Positions 25,183 through 37,785 are shown, counted from the first letter of the whole stretch. The stretch is 63,937 nucleotides of DNA, filler included, from Vicugna vicugna (GCA_013265495.1; 78 parts of 75 records of this genome joined end to end with filler, not necessarily neighbours in it); one strand, 5' to 3'. The notes: generated from the sequence alone by a model not told the origin. A program made the numbers and translations.

Positions 25183-26131
25183 AGAGCTGCGTGGAGTTGT
25201 CTTTCGAGCTCCCCCACTCACTGACAACGTTTCCGGTATCATGAGCGTGGGGAGGTTCCACCAACTGTCGGCTGCGCGTGGGTTCTAACGGAATGCCTAA
25301 GCTCGTCTCCCCTGAGGGTTTTCCTAATGTCTCTGTGCCAGGGAATGCTAGGGGTGATTGCAGGATATCCCAGTGACCGAGGCTGCCCCCCAAGGNNNNN
25401 NNNNNNNNNNNNNNNNNNNNNNNNNNNNNNNNNNNNNNNNNNNNNNNNNNNNNNNNNNNNNNNNNNNNNNNNNNNNNNNNNNNNNNNNNNNNNNNNNNNN
25501 NNNNNNNNNNNNNNNNNNNNNNNNNNNNNNNNNNNNNNNNNNNNNNNNNNNNNNNNNNNNNNNNNNNNNNNNNNNNNNNNNNNNNNNNNNNNNNNNNNNN
25601 NNNNNNNNNNNNNNNNNNNNNNNNNNNNNNNNNNNNNNNNNNNNNNNNNNNNNNNNNNNNNNNNNNNNNNNNNNNNNNNNNNNNNNNNNNNNNNNNNNNN
25701 NNNNNNNNNNNNNNNNNNNNNNNNNNNNNNNNNNNNNNNNNNNNNNNNNNNNNNNNATCCTGAGCGTTGGGAGGTTCCACCAACGGTCGGCAGCACGTGG
25801 GTTTTAACGGAATGCCTAAGCTCGTCTCCCCTGAGGTTCTTCCTAATGTCTCTGTGCCAGGGAATGCTAGGGGTGGTTGCAGGATATCCCAGTGACCGAG
25901 TCTGCCTATCGATGGTCAATGAAGATTTTTCTAGGACTTCCCCGAACAGGGAAATGCTGTGACTGAAGAGAGCTGCGTGGAAATGTCTCTCGTGCTCCCC
26001 CACGCACTGACAACGGTTCCGGAATCCTGAGCGTGTGGATATTCCACCAACGGTAGGCAGCGCGTGGGTTCTAATGCAATGCCTAAGCTCGTCTCCGCTT
26101 AGGATTTTCCTAATGTCTCTGTGCCAGGGAA
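25183..26131 (-). repeat. Satellite A (267-bp)
   Basis: A motifs on both sides of the gap. Confidence 0.93.
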
Positions 26132-26231
26132 NNNNNNNNNNNNNNNNNNNNNNNNNNNNNNNNNNNNNNNNNNNNTTAATTAATTAANNNNNNNNNNNNN
26201 NNNNNNNNNNNNNNNNNNNNNNNNNNNNNNN

Positions 26232-27246
26232 CAAGTATTAGCGAGTGCATTTCTGTGGGTAGTGGAGGGTTTTAAATTTCTTCCCCAACATTGGAACACC
26301 TGTGCCCCATAAAGATACGTGGAATCTGTTTCCCCACCTCCAGCACACACACGGAGACGTGCTCAGGTATCCTGATTGTGGGGAGGCTCCTCCAAATGAC
26401 AGCAGCGCCTGGGTTCTAATAGAATCCCTTAGCTTGTCTTCCCTGATGGCATGCCTAGGCTGGAGAGTGGGGGAAAGTGGGGGTTGGGCTCTAAACCAAG
26501 TATTAGCGAGAGCCTATCCATGGGATGTGGGTTTTTAACCTACAACCCACAACAATGGAATAAATGTGCCCCCTGTAAGGTGCTTTGACAGTTTCCCTAC
26601 ATCCAGCACACACGCGAAGAAGTGTTCTGGTATTCTGAGTTTGGGAAGTTCCTCAAACTGACAGCAGCACCTGGGTTCTATTAGTATCCCTTAGCTTCTN
26701 NNNNNNNNNNNNNNNNNNNNNNNNNNNNNNNNNNNNNNNNNNNNNNNNNNNNNNNNNNNNNNNNNNNNNNNNNNNNNNNNNNNNNNNNNNNNNNNNNNNN
26801 NNNNNNNNNNNNNNNNNNNNNNNNNNNNNNNNNNNNNNNNNNNNNNNNNNNNNNNNNNNNNNNNNNNNNNNNNNNNNNNNNNNNNNNNNNNNNNNNNNNN
26901 NNNNNNNNNNNNNNNNNNNNNNNNNNNNNNNNNNNNNNNNNNNNNNNNNNNNNNNNNNNNNNNNNNNNNNNNNNNNNNNNNNNNNNNNNNNNNGGGCTCC
27001 GAAACCAAGTATTTGCGATGACCTCTCTATGGTTTGTGGAGTTGTTTAAACTACATCCCTAACCTGGGAACACCTGTGCTCCCATAAAGATCCGTGGAGT
27101 CTGTTTCCACACCTACAGCACACACACGAACACTTGCACAATTATCCTGAGGGTGGGCAGCCTCCTCCAACTGAGAGCAGTGCCTTGGTTCTTGTAAAAT
27201 TGATTAACTTGTCTACCCTGTTTGGTTGCCTGATACGGAGTGCTGG
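26232..27246 (-). repeat. Satellite C
   Basis: Anchors at 26398 and 26660 (262 bp); same monomer order as 23890-24575. Confidence 0.92.
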
Positions 27247-27346
27247 NNNNNNNNNNNNNNNNNNNNNNNNNNNNNNNNNNNNNNNNNNNNTTAATTAATT
27301 AANNNNNNNNNNNNNNNNNNNNNNNNNNNNNNNNNNNNNNNNNNNN

Positions 27347-28164
27347 ACGGAAAGCATAAGCTCGTCTCCCCTGAGGGTTTTCCATATGTCTTTGTGCCAG
27401 GGAAAGCTAGGGGGTTTGGCAGTATATCCCAGTGACAGAGGCTGCCTCCCCAATGTCAGGGAAGGTATTTCTTGGACTTCCCCGAACAGGGAACACCTGT
27501 GACTGAAGAGAGCTGCGTGGATTTGTCTCTCGAGATCCCCCACGCTCTGACAATGTTTTTGCAATCCTGAGCGTGGGGAGGTTCCACCAACGGTCGGCAG
27601 CACGTGGGTTCTAACGGAAAGCATAAGCTCGTCTCCCCTGAGGGTTTTCCTAATGTCTCAGTGCCAGTGAATTATAGGGGTGTTTGCAGGATATCCGAGT
27701 GACAGAGCCTGCCTCCCCAAAGTCAGGGAAGATATTTCTCGGACTTCCCCGAACAGGGAACACCTGTGACTGAAGAGAGCTGCGTGGATTTGTCTCTCGA
27801 GATCCCCCACGCTCTGACAATGTTTTTGCAATCCTGAGCGTGGGGAGGTTCCATCAACGGTCGGCAGCGCGTGGGTTCAAACGGAAATTCTAAGCTCGTC
27901 TCCCCTGAGGGTTTTCCTAATGTCTCTGTGCCAGGGAATGCTAGGGGGGTTGGCAGGATATCCAAGTTTCAGAGGCTGTCTCCCCAAGGTCAGGGAAGGT
28001 ATTTCTCGGACTTCCCCGAACAGGGAACAACTGTGACTGAAGAGAGCTTCGGGGAGTTGTCTCTCGAGCTCCCCCACGCACTGACAATGGTTCCGGAATC
28101 CTGAGCGTGGGGAGGTTCCACCAACGGTCGGCAGCGCGTGGGTTCTTACGGAAAGCCTAAGCTC
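27347..28164 (-). repeat. Satellite A, three full 267-bp monomers (reference array)
   Basis: ACGGAA anchor at 27347, 27614, 27881 and 28148 gives an exact 267-bp period. Confidence 0.97.
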
Positions 28165-28264
28165 NNNNNNNNNNNNNNNNNNNNNNNNNNNNNNNNNNNN
28201 NNNNNNNNTTAATTAATTAANNNNNNNNNNNNNNNNNNNNNNNNNNNNNNNNNNNNNNNNNNNN

Positions 28265-29274
28265 GTCATGCATGTAACATGTACGGAACACGGAATATCA
28301 TGATGAAGGTATCTATTAAAATTACATATCACTAGGGTAGAATTCGCTCCAAGAGGGTTTTACTGGGATCAAAGTGTGATTCTTGAAACTGGTGACAGNN
28401 NNNNNNNNNNNNNNNNNNNNNNNNNNNNNNNNNNNNNNNNNNNNNNNNNNNNNNNNNNNNNNNNNNNNNNNNNNNNNNNNNNNNNNNNNNNNNNNNNNNN
28501 NNNNNNNNNNNNNNNNNNNNNNNNNNNNNNNNNNNNNNNNNNNNNNNNNNNNNNNNNNNNNNNNNNNNNNNNNNNNNNNNNNNNNNNNNNNNNNNNNNNN
28601 NNNNNNNNNNNNNNNNNNNNNNNNNNNNNNNNNNNNNNNNNNNNNNNNNNNNNNNNNNNNNNNNNNNNNNNNNNNNNNNNNNNNNNNNNNNNNNNNNNNN
28701 NNNNNNNNNNNNNNNNNNNNNNNNNNNNNNNNNNNNNNNNNNNNNNNNNNNNNNNNNNNNNNNNNNNNNNNNNNNNNNNNNNNNNNNNNNNNNNNNNNNN
28801 NNNNNNNNNNNNNNNNNNNNNNNNNNNNNNNNNNNNNNNNNNNNNNNNNNNNNNNNNNNNNNNNNNNNNNNNNNNNNNNNNNNNNNNNNNNNNNNNNNNN
28901 NNNNNNNNNNNNNNNNNNNNNNNNNNNNNNNNNNNNNNNNNNNNNNNNNNNNNNNNNNNNNNNNNNNNNNNNNNNNNNNNNNGAATATGAAACATCAGTA
29001 ATCCACATGTTCTCAACTCAGGAATGCATGTTTATCTAATCCGTCATGCATGTAGCATGTAAGGAACACGAAATATCATGTAGATAGAAGTCTATTCAAA
29101 TTACATTTCTCTAGGGTGGAATCCGCTCCAAGAGGGTTTCTCTGGGTTCAAAGTGTGATTTTTCAACCTGGTGATAGGAAGAAGCTACGAAGACAAATTA
29201 TATATATTTAAGGGCATATGTTACATTTCATGATTGAAACATCAGTCATGAGCATATTCACAACTCAGAAATGC
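28265..29274 (+). repeat. Satellite D
   Basis: GGAACACG..ATATCATG and GAATTCGCTCCAAGAGG motifs. Confidence 0.9.
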
Positions 29275-29958
29275 NNNNNNNNNNNNNNNNNNNNNNNNNN
29301 NNNNNNNNNNNNNNNNNNTTAATTAATTAANNNNNNNNNNNNNNNNNNNNNNNNNNNNNNNNNNNNNNNNNNNNGTTTCTTTGTGGCATTATTAGTACCT
29401 GGCAGTACATCATATATTTGTTTGCTTACTAGTTTTCTGACTGTCTTTCTTACTAGACCTATATTCATGGAACCACAAATAACTGTTTTAACCAGTAACT
29501 TTCAAACCACCTTTAAATGAATTCTTTTATAAGATGAGAATTTCAGAGGCTTCCATGGGTTGCTTAGGGGAAAAAAGAAAAAGGATTCAGGTTGAAATAA
29601 TTTATTAAGGACCTGAGAGTTGGTTATTTATTTTATACATAGTAGTGTGTACCTGTTAATCCCAAACTCCTANNNNNNNNNNNNNNNNNNNNNNNNNNNN
29701 NNNNNNNNNNNNNNNNNNNNNNNNNNNNNNNNNNNNNNNNNNNNNNNNNNNNTTGAGATCTCTTCTTTTTTATTTTTCTTCTTTTTAAAGATTTTTTCTT
29801 ATTTTTTCTTTATATTGAGGTACCGCAAATTGAATCCAGCACGTACTCTACCCCTTGANNNNNNNNNNNNNNNNNNNNNNNNNNNNNNNNNNNNNNNNNN
29901 NNTTAATTAATTAANNNNNNNNNNNNNNNNNNNNNNNNNNNNNNNNNNNNNNNNNNNN

Positions 29959-30285
29959 TGCTGGTGCCCATGTGAATGATAAGTTTCTTCTATCAAGTGA
30001 GGAAACTGCCAAAAGAGACCGCTCTTGGTTTGGATGGATGATCTGGGATGCTGAGTGCCTAGAAGCAGTATGATGAGACATCTTTGGACACAGAATGAAG
30101 ACAGGACAAAACCAGCCCTTGACATCATCTGGGCTACATTATCTCTCCTTGACTGAAGCCAGACCTCAGACTTGAGGTTTTCATTTACAGGAACCAATAA
30201 ATCCCATGCATCCCCATTTTTTGCTTGTTGTTGAAGCACATTGGAGATTGATTTTGTCACCTACAATCAAAAGACTCCAACTCTG
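29959..30285 (+). mobile_element. Old MLT1-type MaLR LTR
   Basis: Ends ...CCAATAAATCCC...TTTTGTCACCTACAATCAAAAGACTCC, like MLT1 3' termini. Confidence 0.55.
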
Positions 30286-30840
30286 AAAATGAATAAAAAA
30301 TAAAATAAGAAAAATGCTTCTACCTATAGACATAATTCCTTCAGAAGGGTACATTGTTTGTATATTGCAAATCATTTTATAAATTATTTTTTCTCAAGCC
30401 TATCTTAAGAATAACACTTGGACATGTCATAAAGTATTTTCATGGACATGCTTTTTCATGGCTGCATACTATTCTACTTTGTGAAGGGTTGGAAGAATAT
30501 TTTGGTTGAGATTTTATATATATTTATATACATATAAAAGTATGTCTGTGACTTGCATCCATACTGACTTTTCCCTGCCATTTTGAAATACTTCCTGATT
30601 AAAAGTTTTTCAAAGCTGAAAAGCTGAATGATTAAAACATACGAATATTTTTGACTCTTGATATCAACTGCCAGGCTGCTTTCAAAGAAGGCTTAAGGAG
30701 TACACCAGAAATTAACACAGCATTGTAAATCAACCATACTNNNNNNNNNNNNNNNNNNNNNNNNNNNNNNNNNNNNNNNNNNNNTTAATTAATTAANNNN
30801 NNNNNNNNNNNNNNNNNNNNNNNNNNNNNNNNNNNNNNNN

Positions 30841-31367
30841 TGGAACACCTGTGCCCCATAAAGATGCGTGGAATCTGTATCCCCAACTCCAGCACACACA
30901 CGTAGACGTGCTCATGTATCCTGATTGTGGGGAGGCTCCTCCAAATGACAGCAGTGCCTGGGTTCTAATAGAATCCCTTAGCTTGTCTTCCCTGATGGCA
31001 TGCCTAGGCTGGAGAGTGGGGGAAAGTGGGGGTTGGGCTCTAAACCAGGTATTAGCGANNNNNNNNNNNNNNNNNNNNNNNNNNNNNNNNNNNNNNNNNN
31101 NNNNNNNNNNNNNNNNNNNNNNNNNNNNNNNNNNNNNNNNNNNNNNNNNNNNNNNNNNNNNNNNNNNNNNNNNNNNNNNNNNNNNNNNNNNNNNNNNNNN
31201 NNNNNNNNNNNNNNNNNNNNNNNNNNNNNNNNNNNNNNNNNNNNNNNNNNNNNNNNNNNNNGTGTTCTTTTAGGCCATGAGGGAAAGCTGGGGGTTTGGC
31301 TTGGGTGCCACGTAGCAGTGAATGCCCCCTGATCCATTTAGGAAGTACTTAGAGGACTTCTCCCTAA
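30841..31367 (-). repeat. Satellite C
   Basis: Nearly identical to 26292-26510, followed by the expected next monomer after the gap. Confidence 0.92.
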
Positions 31368-31467
31368 NNNNNNNNNNNNNNNNNNNNNNNNNNNNNNNNN
31401 NNNNNNNNNNNTTAATTAATTAANNNNNNNNNNNNNNNNNNNNNNNNNNNNNNNNNNNNNNNNNNNN

Positions 31468-32198
31468 GTGGGTTCCAACGGAATGCCTGAGCTGGTCTCC
31501 CCTGAGTGTTTAACTAATGTCTCTGTGCCAGGGAATCCTTGGGGGTTTGCAGGAAATTCCAGTGTCAGAGGCTGCCTCCCCAAGGTCAGGGAAGGTATTT
31601 CTCAGACTTCCCCGGACAGGGAACACCTGTGACTGAAGAGAGCTGCGTGGAGCTGTTTCTCGAGCTTCACCACGCACTGAGAATGTTTCCGGAACCCTGA
31701 GCTTGGGGAGGTTCCACCAACGTTCAGCAGCGCGTGGGATCCAACGGAATGCCTGAGATGGTCTCCCCTGAGGGTTTTCCTAATGTCTCTGTGCCAGGAA
31801 ATGCTGGGGGGATTTGCAGGAAATCCCAGGGACAGAGGCTGCCTCCCCAAGGTCAGGGAAGGTATTTCTCGGACTTCCCCGGACAGGGAACACCTGTGAC
31901 TGAAGAGAGCTGCGTTGCGCTGTCTCTCGAGCTCCCCCACGCACTGACAATTGTTCCGGAACCCTGAGCGTGGGGAGGTTCCACCAACGGTCGGCAGCGC
32001 GTGGGTTCCAACGGAATGCCTGAGCTGACTGAGGGTTTTCCTAATGTCTCTGTGCCAGGGAATGCTAGGGGGATTTGCAGGAAATCCCAGGGTCAGAGGG
32101 TGCCTCCCCAAGGTAAGGGAAGGTATTTCTCGGAATTCCCCGTACAGGGAATTCCTGTGACTGAAGAGAGCTGCTTGGCGCTGTCTCTCGAGCTCCCC
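31468..32198 (-). repeat. Satellite A (267-bp)
   Basis: About 2.7 monomers; 6-bp deletion near 32027. Confidence 0.95.
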
Positions 32199-32298
32199 NN
32201 NNNNNNNNNNNNNNNNNNNNNNNNNNNNNNNNNNNNNNNNNNTTAATTAATTAANNNNNNNNNNNNNNNNNNNNNNNNNNNNNNNNNNNNNNNNNNNN

Positions 32299-33774
32299 CA
32301 CATGCTCAGTTTTGAGAGTTAAGCGTGTGTGAAAGCCGTGCTTAACCTAGCTTGTTGGGAACACAAAGTTACTCTTCAGTTGCAAACTTCACTCCATACA
32401 TATATATGGGGAGGTACAAGCTCCAACTCGGTTTTACACTGCAAACCGCAGGAACTTCCAACCTGCACTAGGAAACAGACTGGGAATCCAGAGTAAGTGT
32501 TTCTCCTACAACACGTTCCCTTTTTGCTGGATGAATGAAAGTCTCTCCACATGCTCTGTTCTGAGAAATATGTCTGTGTGAAAGCCGGCTTTCACTTAGC
32601 TAAAGGGAACACAAATTTTCTTGTCACTTGCAAACTCCATTCCATAAATATATATGGGGAGGAACAAGTTCCAACTCGGTTTTACAGTGCAAACCGAAGG
32701 AACTTCAAACTGTCACTAGGAAACCAACTGAGAAACCAGAGTAAAGGGTTCTCCTGNNNNNNNNNNNNNNNNNNNNNNNNNNNNNNNNNNNNNNNNNNNN
32801 NNNNNNNNNNNNNNNNNNNNNNNNNNNNNNNNNNNNNNNNNNNNNNNNNNNNNNNNNNNNNNNNNNNNNNNNNNNNNNNNNNNNNNNNNNNNNNNNNNNN
32901 NNNNNNNNNNNNNNNNNNNNNNNNNNNNNNNNNNNNNNNNNNNNNNNNNNNNNNNNNNNNNNNNNNNNNNNNNNNNNNNNNNNNNNNNNNNNNNNNNNNN
33001 NNNNNNNNNNNNNNNNNNNNNNNNNNNNNNNNNNNNNNNNNNNNNNNNNNNNNNNNNNNNNNNNNNNNNNNNNNNNNNNNNNNNNNNNNNNNNNNNNNNN
33101 NNNNNNNNNNNNNNNNNNNNNNNNNNNNNNNNNNNNNNNNNNNNNNNNNNNNNNNNNNNNNNNNNNNNNNNNNNNNNNNNNNNNNNNNNNNNNNNNNNNN
33201 NNNNNNNNNNNNNNNNNNNNNNNNNNNNNNNNNNNNNNNNNNNNNNNNNNNNNNNNNNNNNNNNNNNNNNNNNNNNNNNNNNNNNNNNNNNNNNNNNNNN
33301 NNNNNNNNNNNNNNNNNNNNNNNNNNNNNNNNNNNNNNNNNNNNNNNNNNNNNNNNNNNNNNNNNNNNNNNNNNNNNNNNNNNNNNNNNNNNNNNNNNNN
33401 NNNNNNNNNNNNNNNNNNNNNNNNNNNNNNNNNNNNNNNNNNNNNNNNNNNNNNNNNNNNNNNNNNNNNNNNNNNNNNNNNNNNNNNNNNNNNNNNNNNN
33501 NNNNNNNNNNNNNNNNNNNNNNNNNNNNNNNNNNNNNNNNNNNNNNNNNNNNNNNNNNNNNNNNNNNNNNNNNNNNNNNNNNNNNNNNNNNNNNNNNNNN
33601 NNNNNNNNNNNNNNNNNNNNNNNNNNNTCCCTTTTTGTGAATGAAAGTCTCTCCACATGCTCTGTTCTGAGAAATATGTGTGTGTGAAAGCCGGCTTTCA
33701 CCTAGCTAAAGGGAACACAAATTTTCTTATCACTTGCAAACTCCATTCCATAAATATATATGGGGAGGAAGAAG
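32299..33774 (+). repeat. Satellite B (249-bp)
   Basis: ATGCTC anchor at 32302 and 32551 (249 bp). Confidence 0.93.
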
Positions 33775-33874
33775 NNNNNNNNNNNNNNNNNNNNNNNNNN
33801 NNNNNNNNNNNNNNNNNNTTAATTAATTAANNNNNNNNNNNNNNNNNNNNNNNNNNNNNNNNNNNNNNNNNNNN

Positions 33875-34728
33875 GTACTTTTATAGAGGACGATAGATTA
33901 GTAATCCAGATGACCTCAAGTCAGGAATATATATTTCTCAAATCCGTCATATATATAGCTGTACGGAACACGGAATATCATGTAGATGGAATCAATTCAA
34001 ATTACATATCTCTAGCGAAGTATTCTCTCCAAGAGGTTTCTTTGGGATCAAAGTGTGATTCTTGAAATTGGTGATAGGAAGAAGCTACGAAGTCAAATTA
34101 AATGTTTCAGAGTGCATAGGTAACATGTTTGGTGGTTGAAACATCAGTCATGCGTATGTTCACAACTCAGAAATGCATGTTTGTGGAATCCGTGATGCAT
34201 GAAACATGCACGTAATATGGAATTCCTTGGTTATGTAAGCAATGTAAATTACATGTGTATTGGTGAGAATTCGCTCAAAGAGTGTTTTCAGGTGCCAAAT
34301 GTCCGATTTTAGAACCTGGTGATAGGAAAAACCTATGAAGACAGAGTAAATATTTCTAAGTCTATATACGCCTTGTTCGGAGGGTGAAAGGTCTGTAATC
34401 CACATGCTCACAAGTCAGAAACGCATGATTGCCAAATCCATCATACATGTAGCATGTACGGAACCCGGAATGCCATGTTGTTGGAATACATGTAAATTAC
34501 ATATCTGTTAGGTGGAAATCTCTCCAGAAAAATTCGAACTTGGTGTTAGGCAAAGCTTGTGAAAATGTGTACACGTGTCTAGATGAAAATATTCCTTTAA
34601 TAGAGGATGAAAGATTAGTAATACAGAAGCCCTCAACTCAGTAATTCATGTTTGTCAAATCCGTCATGTATGTAGTATGTATTGAACACGGAATTTCATT
34701 TAGATGGAATCTATTCAAATTACATATC
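33875..34728 (+). repeat. Satellite D, complete three-monomer HOR cycle
   Basis: ATTACAT anchor at 34001, 34248, 34496 and 34719 (247, 248, and 223 bp with a deletion); the fourth monomer matches the first. Confidence 0.92.
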
Positions 34729-35745
34729 NNNNNNNNNNNNNNNNNNNNNNNNNNNNNNNNNNNNNNNNNNNNTTAATTAATTAANNNNNNNNNNNNNNNN
34801 NNNNNNNNNNNNNNNNNNNNNNNNNNNNGCGTCTATTTGGGGATTTTCTGCATGTGAGGCTAACATGGGTCACTTGGGGGACAGGACCGGGCAGTCACAG
34901 CTTGGTTCACAGTCACCTAGTGCCCTCAAGGCTTTCATCCCATGGATGTGTCACCTCCCCCTGGATGGGGACAAGGGAACAAGTGGTGCGGCAGCTTCTC
35001 AGTGGTGGAGGCATTGCTCTCCAGACACAACACTCAACAGCATGGACCCCTGGTTTTGGCCACAGTCTTGGCTTGATGAGGCTGTTGGGTAGCTGAGCAC
35101 ATGAGACGTGGGTGCCATGCTTCCACTCTCACCAAGAGCTCTAAATTCCGGTCACCACAAATACTCCCTAGCCCATAAACAAAGAACAGTCTCTTTCCCT
35201 CGGGGAAGGGAACACAGTAGGAGAACGGATCATCCTGAGAGCACAAAAGGCCAAATCAGTCCTGCCATCAGGATTCTGACAGACGAGCCAGCTCAGTTCC
35301 TCTTACTAGTTGTTTACTTGGAGGATCTGGGGTATTTGGGTGACCTGCAAGTATCAGGAAATAGTACACGAGGGCTTTGTAGATTTTCTGGTCCGGTGTT
35401 AACTCACCCCATTGTAGCTGTCGTGCAAGGAAACAAAACTTGGTGGACAACAGGCCATGGCCTCTGCTCCCTGGTGGGGCCAGGAGGTTGTAATGTTAAG
35501 TACGATTGCGGGGGCATCATTTCTATGTTGAGAGGCCAGATGGCCTTACATATCTCTCATGCTGGATATCTAAGTTGCAGAGGGAAACTGGATTCCATCA
35601 AGCTCTCCAGCCAAGGAGGAGACCAGAAGTGGCCTCCTCCACCAANNNNNNNNNNNNNNNNNNNNNNNNNNNNNNNNNNNNNNNNNNNNTTAATTAATTA
35701 ANNNNNNNNNNNNNNNNNNNNNNNNNNNNNNNNNNNNNNNNNNNN

Positions 35746-36546
35746 ACCCAGGTGCTGCTGTCAGTTTGAAGAACCTCCCCACACTCAGAAAAGCAGAACA
35801 CTTCTTCACGTGTGTGCTGGATATAGGGAAAGAGTCAAAGCATCTTTCAGGGGGCACATTTATTCCATGGTTGTGGGTTGTAAATTAAAANNNNNNNNNN
35901 NNNNNNNNNNNNNNNNNNNNNNNNNNNNNNNNNNNNNNNNNNNNNNNNNNNNNNNNNNNNNNNNNNNNNNNNNNNNNNNNNNNNNNNNNNNNNNNNNNNN
36001 NNNNNNNNNNNNNNNNNNNNNNNNNNNNNNNNNNNNNNNNNNNNNNNNNNNNNNNNNNNNNNNNNNNNNNNNNNNNNNNNNNNNNNNNNNNNNNNNNNNN
36101 NNNNNNNNNNNNNNNNNNNNNNNNNNNNNNGGTTGGGGAAGTAGTTTAAAACCCTCCACTACCCACAGAGATGCACTCGCTAATACTTGGCTTTAGAGCC
36201 CATCCCCCACCATCGCTTACTGCTAGGCCTAGGAAAAGACTTAGGGAAGTCAAGCTAAGGGATTCTATTAAAACCCAGGTGCTGCTTTCTGTTGGAGGAA
36301 CCTCCCCACACTCAGAACCCCAGAAGACTTCTTCCTGTGTGTGCTGGACGTGGGAAAACAAAGCACACGCATTTTTCAGTGGTCACAGTAATTCCCAAAT
36401 TGTGGTTTGTATTTTAAACATCTTCACTGCCCATGGAGAGGCACACGCTAATACTTAGATTTAGATCCCAAATCCCACTTTCAACCACACACTGGCCTAA
36501 ACAAACCATGAGGGAAGACAAGCAAAGGGATTCTATTAAAACCAAG
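35746..36546 (+). repeat. Satellite C
   Basis: Reverse complement of C monomers in the conserved order. Confidence 0.9.
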
Positions 36547-36646
36547 NNNNNNNNNNNNNNNNNNNNNNNNNNNNNNNNNNNNNNNNNNNNTTAATTAATT
36601 AANNNNNNNNNNNNNNNNNNNNNNNNNNNNNNNNNNNNNNNNNNNN

Positions 36647-37785
36647 GCAGAACACGGAATTTAGATTATAGAATACAGAATACTGAATATAAAATATAGA
36701 ATGCAGAATGCAGAATTTAGAAAATACAATATAGAATACTGAATATAGAATTTTCAACATGGAATGCAGAACACAGAATTTAGATTATAGAATACATAAT
36801 ACTGAATATAGAATTTAGAATATAGAATTTGGAACACAAAATNNNNNNNNNNNNNNNNNNNNNNNNNNNNNNNNNNNNNNNNNNNNNNNNNNNNNNNNNN
36901 NNNNNNNNNNNNNNNNNNNNNNNNNNNNNNNNNNNNNNNNNNNNNNNNNNNNNNNNNNNNNNNNNNNNNNNNNNNNNNNNNNNNNNNNNNNNNNNNNNNN
37001 NNNNNNNNNNNNNNNNNNNNNNNNNNNNNNNNNNNNNNNNNNNNNNNNNNNNNNNNNNNNNNNNNNNNNNNNNNNNNNNNNNNNNNNNNNNNNNNNNNNN
37101 NNNNNNNNNNNNNNNNNNNNNNNNNNNNNNNNNNNNNNNNNNNNNNNNNNNNNNNNNNNNNNNNNNNNNNNNNNNNNNNNNNNNNNNNNNNNNNNNNNNN
37201 NNNNNNNNNNNNNNNNNNNNNNNNNNNNNNNNNNNNNNNNNNNNNNNNNNNNNNNNNNNNNNNNNNNNNNNNNNNNNNNNNNNNNNNNNNNNNNNNNNNN
37301 NNNNNNNNNNNNNNNNNNNNNNNNNNNNNNNNNNNNNNNNNNNNNNNNNNNNNNNNNNNNNNNNNNNNNNNNNNNNNNNNNNNNNNNNNNNNNNNNNNNN
37401 NNNNNNNNNNNNNNNNNNNNNNNNNNNNNNNNNNNNNNNNNNNNNNNNNNNNNNNNNNNNNNNNNNNNNNNNNNNNNNNNNNNNNNNNNNNNNNNNNNNN
37501 NNNNNNNNNNNNNNNNNNNNNNNNNNNNNNNNNNNNNNNNNNNNNNNNNNNNNNNNNNNNNNNNNNNNNNNNNNNNNNNNNNNNNNNNNNNNNNNNNNNN
37601 NNNNNNNNNNNNNNNNNNNNNNNNNNNNNNNNNNNNNNNNNNNNNNNNNNNNNNNNNNNNNNNNNNNNNNNNNNNNNNNNNNNNNNNNNNNNNNNNNNNN
37701 NNNNNNNNNNNNNNNNNNNNNNNNNNNNNNNNNAGATTAATGAATATAGAGTTTAGAATTTAGAATGTAGAACACAGAATATAGA
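36647..37785 (-). repeat. Satellite E (heptamer)
   Basis: AGAATAT-type 7-mers flanking a gap. Confidence 0.93.

Noticed and set aside
35108..35645. About 180-codon plus-strand ORF
   Set aside because: It starts at GTG, has no recognisable domain and is truncated by the linker; the splice signals point to the opposite strand.
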